Shown piece by piece: positions 37,981-49,831 of a stretch of DNA of 64,000 bases. This DNA is from Convolutriloba macropyga (taxonomy: Eukaryota). The DNA lies in assembly GCF_964194025.1 (NCBI RefSeq), contig NC_134470.1, positions 13,020,001-13,084,000 of the forward strand, given 5' to 3'. Position 1 is the first letter of the stretch. Each line of letters opens with the position of its first letter. Made by a program: the position numbers and the translations under genes. The notes under the pieces were generated by a model, which had not been told where the DNA came from, did not search any database, and saw only the letters and a list, made by a program, of their open reading frames with translations.

Positions 37981-40677
37981 CTATACTGGAGACGTAGGAA
38001 CGTTGTGATCGTTTCTTTTTTCGTCTCTATTATTCTTATCATTTAGGTTTGGATAACCATTTTTATTCTCATTGGTTAGAGTTCGCATTCTATTATTATC
38101 ATAAGGTGGGCTTTGAGTAACTCTAGTTGTATTTTCAGATTTTGGAACTTGCATTGTCCTTTCTTTTTTTTCATCAGTGTTAGTTTTCTCTGAATTTGTT
38201 GCTGCTTGATAGATAGAAGTCAGAATTGGAACTGACATTAAATCAAATGTGGCAGCAAAGAGTGCTTTACTAAAGTGAATAGATGCATCTGTAATTTTGT
38301 TAATTTGCATTGCTCGAATTAAGCATAAGACTATGTCGATGAGTAGCTTAATGAATAAGAAAGCGGCAAAGAATGTTCCGCATCGCTCAATTATATATTG
38401 TATTTTGCCAAAGGTTTCAACAAATTGATTTTTAAAGAAGTCGGGTGGAATGAATGAATCCAGATAAATAGTTCTACAGTTATAATAATTTGTGCCTGAA
38501 ATATTTGAAAATGATTCTCTGCTACCTAATAGTGACTTAGTAAAGTGTTTGAGAACTCCTTTCATATTGGAGTTGAAATTTATTGAATTCCAGAAAGCCA
38601 TCATTTCTTTATATGTGTAGATAGAAGCTTGAATGCTTGCTGTAATTATATTAGCAATTTGCTGAATGACTATGTGTGGTTTAAAGAGTGCAGGTCCTCT
38701 TACTTTTATCTGCGGGGTTAATTCAACCCATGAATTGTCATCATCAACATCTAGTTGAAATAAATTGAATGTTTATCAGAGCACAATTGTTCTTTGGCTT
38801 CAGTGAAGGTTTGTCTAGAAACCGGATCAACTAAATGTATTTCATCTTCATAGAGAATTGGTATTCGGTTATAGCACTTACTAAGAATTTGTAAGGGTGA
38901 ATGAAATTCATGACAATTATATAACCAGGCAACATTGCCGTTTGTTTTGATAAACATAGATCTGTTTCTTGTTAAGGTATATCCAGCTAAACGCGGATTT
39001 TCATGAGAAATCATTAAAGTGTTGAGAATAGTTGAGCGTTCTAATTCACAGTCATTTCTTAATAGCTCTAGAGTAGAGGTTTGAAGTTGCCGAAGATTAA
39101 TAAAGCGCAAATAGTCAATTTTTGTTCCAAGATGGGTTTCGAAATCAATATTCTCATAAATTTAAAAATGCTTTGTATCAACTGTTTTGTTATCACTGGA
39201 ATAATATTTATTTTTAAGCGTAATGGCACTGGTATCAGATTTAAATTTGTGAATGGGTTCTCCAGTGTTCATATCGAAACCGTCACGACGACTAATATAT
39301 AGAGAATCATATGGCGTAGGATACACTATTTGTGGATGACTACATAAAGACTGTGGTTTATTGTAAACTTGGAAAATAAAGCTTTGTAAATCAAAGTCTG
39401 ACTGCGCTGAGCTAAGTTTAGGATCCTTAACTATATAGTATTTGTCATTAGCTTTAACCATTTGAGCGTTAAAAAAGCGAATCATAGTGAAAAGACAATT
39501 TTTGAGTTCATCGCAAGTGTATGCAAATGGATCAGTAGATGTAGAATCGCAGCCTCCGCCTGATAAAGGACAAGGTAGAGGTATATTTTGCCAGTTATTA
39601 ACTATGCCATCTCTGAAGTTTACATTCAGGCTAACATTTTGCGTATATGTTTCATAAGTATAGTGTGTAATCCAACCTCGGGAGTTATTTTCATTGTTTC
39701 CAGTTCCAACTTTGCCTGAGTTAAAGTTTTAGAACAAAGATGTGTCAAAATCGAATTCTACTGAACTAGAAGAAGGGGAAAGCTTTATCTTTTTCCTTTC
39801 CTTTGCAAGTTTGCATTTCTGAGCATCAAGCTTAACTGAAGTAGTAATAGTATTATGTCTGGCATCTTTTCCGGTAGAGTCAAAAGAATCACAAAACCAA
39901 CGTAATTGCTGTTGGGTTGCTTTACACATAGTTGCTTCTAGCTTAATTTTATACTTTCTTTGGTAGAGATTGACTCGTGCTTGATTAGTGCTAATTTTAT
40001 CAGGGCGAGTTTCGCAGGGTGCTACTTTGTTGAGAGAATACATCTGATGTGAAATCATTTTTGAGCAATCAAAGTGGTTAACATGAAGGTTTGGAGCTGT
40101 ATTCTCATAGATACTCATCTTTTCAATTGGTCTGGCGTCAGCAAGAGACGTTAAGAGTAGTAATGCAGGAAATATAATAAAGACCAGATACTTTGCGGAG
40201 CAAGCAGTTATAACGCAGAGAAAAGCAAGAGGTATTATAGCAATAAGTTTAAGAAACTGAACAGAACGAATTTGAGTTATTCATAAAGGATTCTATTTTT
40301 GAAGGAAGCGCTTTCTTATCAGTAAGTTTTTCTTTAAAGAACTTGTCTATATTCAGTGATGGCAGTGAATGTTCGTTGATTTTTGACCGTATCTCTGAAA
40401 CTGATAGCTTTTCAGGAGGCTTTAATAATTTAAGGTACGGGATTTCTTCAGTAAAGCAATTATTTCTATCTATGACACATTCTATGAAGTTTGGGTGAGA
40501 ATCGTTATATTCAATGAGTAATTCTAGTTTTGCAATACGTTGAGCAATTTCAGATTCAATATCAGTTGCAACAGGTGGGAACAGAGTTAAGCAAAGTAAT
40601 ATGAAAAGAAACATTTTGTAACTTACATTTATCACTTCGTCTATTGCTGGTGACTTTTTGATTTCTCCGTCTTCCAT
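37981..40677 (-). pseudogene. Envelope-like glycoprotein, class III fusogen type (chuvirus G / herpesvirus gB-like), frameshifted
   Basis: Hydrophobic signal segments, then HFDC...YSLNKVAPC...VNLYQ...C...WFC; CELERSTILNTL...NP...C...CYNRIPILY...VDPVSR...C; C-terminal TM CGTFFAAFLFIKLLIDIVLCLI and cytoplasmic tail. Confidence 0.75.
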
Positions 40678-40680
40678 TTA

Positions 40681-41540
40681 TTAAACGAAGACAGTATAAG
40701 GTGCGTCTAACAAATTCAAGTTAATATTATCCGTGAAATTAATCTGATATTTTAGCTCGTGAACGTGAGCGGGATTATATGGTACCCAAAATATAACCAA
40801 TTTTGCGTTATTTTCTGATGTTACAAAGAATGCAACTATTTTCTGTCGATTAGAAACAAAACACTTGTCAAGTTTTACAGTTTTATTTCCGAATTTCAAT
40901 ACTTTCTCTAGGAGGAATATTCTAATATAAGATAGCGGGTCATATGCAATAGTAAGAACTTGTGTTTCAAGGGAAAGTGGTAACATAGATTAAGGGTCTA
41001 CAGTAAAGGGAGCTTCAATGATATCAAGGTTTATTTCGTCTCTGTTGTTTAATTGGAAATGAAAGCGTTCAATTTGTTCTGGTTTGTTATGGGTCCAACA
41101 AACAATTATTTCTAAGTTTACAAACTGGCCTTTAACGAAGAAAATAACAATGTTTTTATATGAAATATACGATCGATCAATTGTGGCTGACTTATTGTTA
41201 TTTTTTCCGGTATGTTTTATCCGGTATGTTATAAGGAATGTAAGAAGTTGAGAAAGTTGTTCTTGAAGCTATAATCCAATAATCGTTTAACGGAATATTC
41301 ATTGATCAGTTAGTGTTTCTAAAACCAAACAAGGGACATTTGAATATATTTTCCCCAGAAGACAGCAATAGGATCTTTGTTGGAATTAATAGCAAGGAAC
41401 ACTACAGTTCTTACTTCTTTAGAAATTTGACGAATGGTTAAGGTGTTTAGTGTGAGTAGTGTTGTTTGGAATTCGAATCTACGTTCAACCTGAAGAGTTA
41501 TATACTCTTTTTCTGTAGTTGATATCTGAGAAAAGAACAT
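40681..41540 (-). pseudogene. Accessory ORF-A built from tandem ~95-aa repeated domains; function unknown
   Basis: Units 2 and 3 are clearly alignable (IVIFFV...VCW...P...FQLN..DEINLDIIEAPFTV versus IVAFFV...IFW...P...YQIN..DNINLNLLDAPYTV); unit 1 is weaker. Confidence 0.6.
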
Positions 41541-41685
41541 TTAGAATTGTTAGTGAACTAGGATACCTGGTATATGTGTGTTGTGACAAGTGTTAGCTGG
41601 TGGTCACAAATAGAAATGCTTAAAAACTAGTTTATCTAAGTTTTCTAAGTTTATTAGTCGAAAGGGACAAAATGTGAAAGATAGG

Positions 41686-41704
41686 GAGAGAGAGAGAGAG
41701 AGAT
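41686..41704. repeat. (GA)n microsatellite
   Basis: GAGAGAGAGAGAGAGAGA. Confidence 0.8.
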
Positions 41705-43314
41705 ATTGTTAGAGCTGAATTTGAGAGCGAAAGAAGTAATTGATTTCAGAAAGTAACTGTGAAAAGTGATTTTGAATTTTGGTAAGGCTATTAAATAGTG
41801 GTTGTCAGGGTTAAGTTACCAAAATATGTGTACTCAATTCTGATTGGTTGATGGCTAACCTTGACTAGTGGCATGTAGCGTTGTGATAAACTGGTCAAAC
41901 GACAAGCACATTACGATAACTTCGTAAAATTGAATGCTCAGGATTTGCTGTTTTTATATGTTCTATGCGATTATAATGTGTCTTAAAAAGGAACTTCTGG
42001 TTCGAATTTTAGAAATCGCAGATGTAGGGCTATAGTATAGATGTCAATGGTTGAGTTACGCTAAAAGGTAGCACTTGTACTTCAACAGAAACTTTCCGAG
42101 ACCTCTTAGAACTTATTGAGCTAACATTTGCTGTTTTATGTCCTTTGTAGGTGAACATTATATCTAAAAAAATGTACTTATAAATCGAAATTCAAAAATC
42201 CCCTGTGTCAGGCTAAGGTACTAGGTGTTAAGAACAACTGAATATAATTCTCAGGGTTTTAGAGTTTTTAAACATTTCCGGAGACTTTTTTTCGTGTGAG
42301 AAGTTGAATTATCAAACTTTAGTGTTGAACATCAAGTATAAAGTACGATATTTTCACTTATAAGCTTGATATAGAAAATTTGCTCGCAACGTTTTGTTTG
42401 TTAGGTTTTTGTGCGTTGATGTGCAAATTTTTAGTTTGGTATCTGGACGCGTTCATAAAAGGGGTAACTTAATTTTGAAATTTTTTGTATAATTCCTATG
42501 ATTTTGCTGACTTTATTAATTCAAGTTAGTGTAGGATTTAAATGCTTGTTCAACTGACTGGTGATAGAAGTGGGCTCAGGGAAAATAGTAAATCGATTTC
42601 TACTTGTTCTAGTAGGGGAATTTTGTTTGTTCTTAGTTGAAATAACCTTGTGTTTAGAAGTCGTAATATTCAGGTTAGTTATTTGTTCATAAGTGCTTCA
42701 ATGTTCATTTTAAACATTCCTTGGGTCCTTAAACTAGTAAGGTTAGCTCTTATCTGTTGACTATTTGGGCTGCCTAAATTTGCGTTTCCTGACTAAATGC
42801 GATTTTACGTGGATTAAATAGTTTGCAAGGGACAAGTTCCTGTACTTAAGGTATTTAGCTTAGATAATGGTATTTGCTCATAGGGACTTGTTTCTACTTA
42901 GCTTTTCTTTGGGTAACATGTGTTTTCAGCGTTAGTTTGTAATAAAAGGTATGCGTAAATTTTAAATTTGCATAAGCTTTGAACATGTAGAGAAGTTATG
43001 TGTGTGTGTAACAGCTTGCAATGGTGATTAATCGCGTACTTTGTGTAAGATTTGTGTTGAGTGGGCTATTTGCTTTTTGCCTTTAACTCTTGTTGACTAT
43101 AGTTGATCTCTTCTTGCATAGTAAATTCTAAACTTTAAATTTAAATTTTGTTCTTGTTAACTTAATTTTCCTCGACTTTTAGTTTCAATCTATTTCTTCT
43201 TTAACGTTTATCTTCTAATTTTTCTTTGATTCCATTTCTGTTATATTTTTCATTTTCTAAATTTCCTTTTTCTTTCTACTTCATTCAATCTTATTATTTA
43301 TCATAAATTGGTAC

Positions 43315-44076
43315 ATGGTGAATTATCTGCGGGAGACTGAGCTAGCTAGAGAACCCTTAGAAAACCCTAGGTGGTGGTTAGATACGAATGGGGTTAGTTT
43401 AGAACCTCTGAGCTTGATTCAAAATAGAAAGCGGAGGAGTCAATATTTACATTTCTCATACCAGGATACTGCAGGTCTATCTGCAACTCAATTCTTATAT
43501 TTCTTCTCTGCAAGTTATAAGTTTCCTCAACTCGTATTATCTGACGATGAAATTGATGGTATTATTAGAGCCATAGGAAGCAAACGCCCTTGGGAAAGAC
43601 GGGAAACACAGTGTGTCTCTGCAGAAACCGTCGATAAAATTAAATTCTTTCTAGGGAAAGATGTGAGTAAATTTTCTACCTTTTCAGGGCTTCCAACCGG
43701 GAAATAGAATGAAAGGGTAACTTAGAATGTAGTACGTGGAGGGGGGAACAGAGGGTGCTGGTTTAGGGTCAGATTTTAGTAGGCGTACAAGTTGCAATTG
43801 TTTTAGTTCTTCAAGAAACTTTACATGAGACCAGAGGAGAGAAATGACGAGCATTGGAAGATGCTACTGGATGTTGAGGATGAGCTCTACAATCTCGGGG
43901 AGACCTGGTGGAACCCCAAAAAAGGGCCAGTTTTCCAAGAGTGCTATTTACAGCTTTTTACTTGGAACTATCAGAACTGCCTTATTTTCAAAAACTCAAG
44001 TCTAATGTGCGCAGTGATGAGGAGACTGGTGCTGAAGGTAGCGTATGAAGAGAGAAAATATTTTATCTTCTTTTAG
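43315..44076 (+). CDS. Antisense gene inside the retroelement; predicted exons 43315-43662 and 43807-44076, ~205 aa, function unknown
   Basis: Two same-frame ORFs; phase-0 GTGAGT donor at 43663 and TTTTAG acceptor at 43806 bracket all five intervening stops. Confidence 0.55.
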
Positions 44077-44199
44077 TAAAGAGGGGTTTTAATGTTTGTA
44101 TATTATTTTGTTTTTATCATTTTTATTGCAGTTTTGTGCTTGGGGACGCTTTTATTATAAAAGTTTTATTTAAGGAGATTTTGTGTCTCTATTTCTTTT

Positions 44200-47100
44200 T
44201 GAGTTTATGTATCAAGTCAGAAGGAATAGGTTCACCAAAGAATGTAGGTGATTTTCTATTACGCTGAGGTCTGCTTAATACTTCATTTGCGTCGGGTAAA
44301 TTAGATATATTAGTTGATGCTGTAGTTGTAGAATTTTAAGGTGATGATTTGGGGCTATTATGCGTTGCTTGGGGGAATAATTTACGTGTAGCTTTAAATT
44401 TACTAGTATTATCAGGTGGGGTAGAAAAGTTTTCTTGCTGTGGGCTATTAGGTGAATACATGTTTTGTATAGTGTAGGAGGTTGAAATGCGTGGGGGTAG
44501 AAAATTAGAAGAGCTTGTGCCTTGAATATGTGTAGTGTTATTTACTCGTGTTTGTAGCGATTCTAAGCCTGAATCTTTTGTGGGGTAGACTCAACGTTAA
44601 ATGTTGGCTGTAGTGTACTACTAGGATTAACAGTATGTTGTGTTTCTACTAATGGCCACTGTGAATTAGCAATATGTTGTGCGCCTCTATGAGCGTTAGA
44701 TTTGGCTATATTATGCTAATTATATTGAGTATAATAATCATCAGTGTCGTCTGGGACTACATAGTTCTCAATTAGCTCTTGTATTTTTTCTTCTTTCGGG
44801 TAATAAGGTGCTATATGATTTCTATGCACGGTTTTCTTCTCATTTGTTTTATCATGTATTTCAAATGTAGTGTTAGTTAGCATTCGTTCCACTGTGTAAG
44901 GGCCTGAGCGTAGCTCTTGTAGCTTTTTAGACTTTAGTAGTCCTTTAGAGTGATTTTCTAATAGTACTTTTCTACCTTCAGGTATAGGCTTTCCAAGCTA
45001 AATCTATTTCTATACTTGTGTGCTTTATTCGTAGTTTGTCTACATTTAGTGGAGGTATTCGAATATATAATTTTAAATGTATTCTCTCGTTTTAACATTT
45101 CGTTTGATAATCTGTTTTGTAGTAATTTCTCTATCTTTTTGTTATTACAAGTTTCTTCACTATGCGAGTGTGGTGGTAGATTACTACAATACTCTGATGT
45201 GCATTTCTTTTGATTATCTCGTAGTAGTCCTATTTTTAGTGATAAGGGTATTTGTGGTTTTGTTCCGAATAGTATTTCATAAGGGGTGTATCCTGTACTA
45301 TAGTTTACTGCAGTATTGTGTGAAAATGCAAATTTACTAGTGTACTCGGACCAATTAGATCCACTTTTACTAATAAAATGTCTTAGGTAATTAGTCAAAT
45401 GTTTATTTTTTACTTCTACTTTGCCGTTAGTCCACGGTGAATATGCAGTTCGGGGGCCTAGTGTAATTCCTATTTCGTTTGTATAGTGAACAAAATCATT
45501 ACTAATAAAGGCTTTGCCATTATCATGTACTATTTGTTGCGGTATACCGCATGTGGTTATAAATTTCTCTAGTTGATTTACTGTTTCGAGAGCTTCGGCA
45601 TTCTTGCTAGGATATACTTGTGTACATCTAGAAAAAGCATCTAATATTACAAGACAAAATCTATTTCCTTTACTAAGTGGTCGTAGTGGACCTTTATGAT
45701 CAATGTGAAGTGTATGTAGGGGTATAGCTTCTAATTGTCCCCATGGTTCTAAGGGTGCTTCGTTTAAGTCTTTGCGTGCTGACTTATTAGTTTGGCAACT
45801 TAAGCAATCTAACATTAACATTTCAATCCATTTAAACATACCGGGCCAATAGAAATATCGCTTAACTCTATTATAAGTTGTGCTTTCTGCTCTCTGACCA
45901 CTAAGTTCATGCGTATGTGCGACTTCGCATATCTTTATAAATAGTGAAAGTGGTGCACATATACTAACGTCAAAAGAGCCGTCTTCACAAGGTTCAGAGT
46001 AACAGAGTAAATGATATTGACTCTCTAGAAACAACAATTTGAAAATATTTCTATAAGTTTGTAATGCTTTAGTTTGTTTAATTGTGTAGTCTTTTTCTGG
46101 AGCTTTGCCTGTTTTTAACCAATCTCTAACTTTGATTATCACGGAGTCGCTTACTTGTTCTTCAAGAATATCATCAGTGTCAAGATTAGCGTTTTTTGAA
46201 AAATCTGTAACTTTAGCTATTAAATCTAATGTATCTGTGTGGACATCCTTTTCTGAGTTTTGAAAAGCTTCTGGTTCAATAAGTTTCTTAAATTTTGTAC
46301 GTCTAATATAGTCGGCTTTAGCAGATTCTAATTGTTCAATAAATGAGTTTTCAATATTACCTTCTACTAAGCCTAGCCACTCTTGGTCATCATAACCTTC
46401 TCGATCATCACTTATTTCGGCTATTTCTTAAATCTCGGAGTAGTAGTGATTGTCATGTTCACTAGCCAGTTCTGAGGTTAACTTCTTTATTTTTTTTGTG
46501 CCGTAGCGAAAACAATCAGAAAAACTGTATAGCATTACAGTGCTCATCTATGTAGTCTGGTGCATCATCTACACTAAAGTCACCTTCATCGTTTATATTG
46601 ATTAGTTTCTTTCTTTCGCCTTTGACTTGAACAATAATTCGATAACAGTCGTTAGCTGTTGCGTCCTTATCGTCTTGATGCAATACAGAATAGTTCACTT
46701 CTTTTCCGTTAATATGAAACTTTTTATCTTTAGGTAATTCTTTGTATTCTAGTTGATAAAGTTTAGCATCTGCTAAAGAAACGTTTCGGCTAAGAATGTA
46801 AGGGAACGCTAAGTTTTTGCCTTCAGTGTAAATAATTTGCAAGTTTTGAAACTAAGTTATTACAACTTGATACTTAAAGAAACGATGTGACTTTTTTCCG
46901 CGTTGTGACCAAAGAAAAAGAATTGGTCTGTGATCACAATAGAGATAGATTGGAAATGGGGATCCAATAACATAAAATTTGTATGTTTGTAATGCAGAAA
47001 TTATTCCGCATAGTTCTCTATGTTGAGGGGACATCTTTTGTTCAGCTTTATCAAATACTCTTGAGTTTGCTGAAATCATACGTTTTCTATCAGGAAGATC

Positions 47101-49831
47101 TTGTATAAGGACACAACCTGTTCCTAAGTTAGATGAATCAGCATGTATATGAAAGGGATAGTCATTAGAAGGAAATGCGTTAGAAATATCGTGACAGAAT
47201 CTTTGTTTAGGGTCTGTGAATACCTTTTCGTGTTCTGGTAACCACTTGAATATTGTTGTATCTGTTGTTAAACCATATAAAGGTTTTGCATCTATGTGAA
47301 AGTTTAAAATATAGGTGTGATAGAAACTCATCATTCCTAAATTTCTTAAAACTTCTGTTTTCGATTCTGGCGTTTTTAGGTTTCTTATATCATCTATGCG
47401 TGAAGCAATAGGGGATAGTCCATCTTTAGATATAACATGTCCTAGAAATCTCACTTTTTGTAAGAAAAACATTGCTTTATCAGGGCCTGCTTTAAGGTTT
47501 GCCATCCGAAGCAAAGAGTGATACTCTTTTACTATTGTAAACATTTCTCGTTTATCTTTAGCTTGTAATAAAGTATCGTCTATGTATGTTATGGCTTGTT
47601 TACGTTTTATAAGAGGTCCGAATGCATAACGCATAAGTTTGCTGAAGTAACTGGGTAATAGCTTAAGACCATAAAGTCCTACTTGATAAGTGTACTGTCT
47701 GCCTCCTACAATAAAACTTGTAACCTTCTGTGTATCTTCGGTTAGTGGTACTTGATTATAAGCTGATGATAAGTCACTACTTGTAAAAATAGTTCCGGTT
47801 ATTATTGTCATTAGAACATTTAATGGTTCAAGTGGCCAACTAGAATTACTTGTATCAGATATAGAGTTTAGGTATCTAGCATCAGTGACTATTTTTACAT
47901 AATCCTGCTTAGGTAATATGATAAAAGGATTGACAAACCAACTATTCATATTGTTCTAATTGAGCTCTCTGATTATTCCTGCTTGAATTAATTCATCCAT
48001 TAGCTTTTCTAATTTATCTCTGAGTTGAATGGGTATTTCGCTAGGTCGTTGTTTTTTAAAGGTAGCGTCTTTCTTTAGGGGTAATTGAAATTTATGTTTA
48101 GTTCTACCAATATCATACTTATGATGTGAATAAACATCATTATCCTCAATTATTATTTCTATTAACTCAAACAATTCATCGTCATTCAAATCACTTTGTG
48201 AGAAATCGAAATTCTCCAGAAACTTTTCTAGATACTCTATGTCTTGGACTGTATTTCTATTTTGCTTAATTACAAAATCACTAACCGCTTTATTTATGAT
48301 TCGGTTGCTTTGTAGTTTATCTCTAAACTTAGGAAACTGGTCATTGACTCTAGGTCTACATAGTTCTTTGGCCTCGGTAGAGAAGTCTGTGGCTAATTCT
48401 CTTTCATCTTCTTTGCATTTTTCTATTAACTCACTTTCAATAATTTCGAGCACCTCTTCCTTTTCTAGTGTAATGGTTTCTACTTTTTGTAGTTTATCAA
48501 TATCATCTTTGCTTGTATACACATAGATAGTTATGCCTGAAATCTTAAATGTTTGTTCAATTAGAGAAGATATCTCTCTCCAATCCATTCCGGCTCAACC
48601 ACAAGCTATTTTTGGCATCGCTATACAGCGTAAATTTAGTCCTAGTGCGTGATCTCTCATAGCAATTAGCGTAGTTTTGATTATCAATTGTTGGCTTCTC
48701 ATAATGATTAGCCTTAGTGATGAGGTTATATACTAGGTTATTATCTGCTCTGAAAGTTATTATGTCACCTATATCACAGTTCTTACTTTTACAGTAGTCC
48801 TTTAATAATGGTATTCTTTTGGAGATTGTGATAGCAAAGCCTTTTCTCATTTCTGCATCTGAGGATATTGTGTGCGCTATAGGCATATTAGAGTCAAATA
48901 TAGATTGGGTACGAAAATCTACATATCTAATGCAAGAATTAGTTTGAATTTGCTGTCCTTCTTGTAAATTGTTTACTACTGTGTGTAGTATAGAACAATT
49001 GTTATAGTCTTCGCTTTCATTTAGTATTATGCTTGTAAATTCAGCCCATTTTTTGATATTGTACCTTTGTATAGGTTTGTCGGTTATATCACACATAGCA
49101 TAACCTATTATTCCTCCATTTATCTGTATTGGGTGATTCTTTTGATTCTCCATAAATATGGGTAGAAATTCTTCAGATTGTGGACAAAGTGTGTTTACAA
49201 AGACTAGGTCAGCTTTTGCAACATTTATATGAGGCATGAAATATGTTCCTGTTGGAAATAAAGCTTGACTGGGGTGCTTTTGTTTGTGCAATTGTGTACT
49301 TTTCTGTTGTAGAAAGATTAGTTGAGCTATGTTTAAAGCAGTCATTTTAGCTATGTATGGATAATCCTTCTCATTGTTGAGTGAGCCGCAGCAAATTAAG
49401 TTTTTTTCAGTTTTTAACTCTACTGCGGGGATATCGAAGTGAAGTGCCTTTAGAAACAAATGACAAAAATCAATACCTATTATGTTCTGTCTCTGTTCTT
49501 TAGTCACGAATACTTTATGGGGGACTGTATATTTACCTTCTGTTTCAAAACTAGATTGGATAGTTGTGTAGCCAAGCATTCTTATTGAGGAACCAGTATA
49601 TGTTTTTGAATCACAGTTTGTACTTTGTAGATGCAAATTTTGTGCAAGGTTTACTAGAGGATGTTGGGTGATTGATGATAGTGCAAGTTGATCCTGGGTC
49701 AATCATAAATTCTACTTCTAAACCACTATTATTTTTAATGGATCCGGTGGCAAAGTGAGGTATAAGTTGAGGTATATTCTTGACTTAGTACTACTTTCTT
49801 TAGTAGCGTTCGGAGACTTTAATAGTTTAAA
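44200..49831 (-). pseudogene. pol: pol: aspartic protease, dUTPase-like spacer, macrodomain, RT, RNase H, integrase (frameshifted)
   Basis: FMIDPGSTC (degenerate D-T/S-G); DLSSAYNQ and YIDD; HADSS, ELCG, YCDHRP; HTHELSG...CLSC; HIDHKGP, HDNG, NGKVE; RSGPYTV. Confidence 0.92.
48514..48910 (-). other. TARG1/OARD1-like macrodomain within pol
   Basis: IAHTISSDAEMRKGFA...VYNLITKANHYEKPT, then after a frameshift LIAMRDH...IAMPKIACG*AGMDWREISSLIEQTF...ITIYVYT, collinear with the TARG1 motif pattern. Confidence 0.85.

Noticed and set aside
43705-43806. Cluster of TAG stops as APOBEC-like hypermutation
   Set aside because: All fall inside a well-formed in-phase GT-AG intron and the flanking ORFs are clean.
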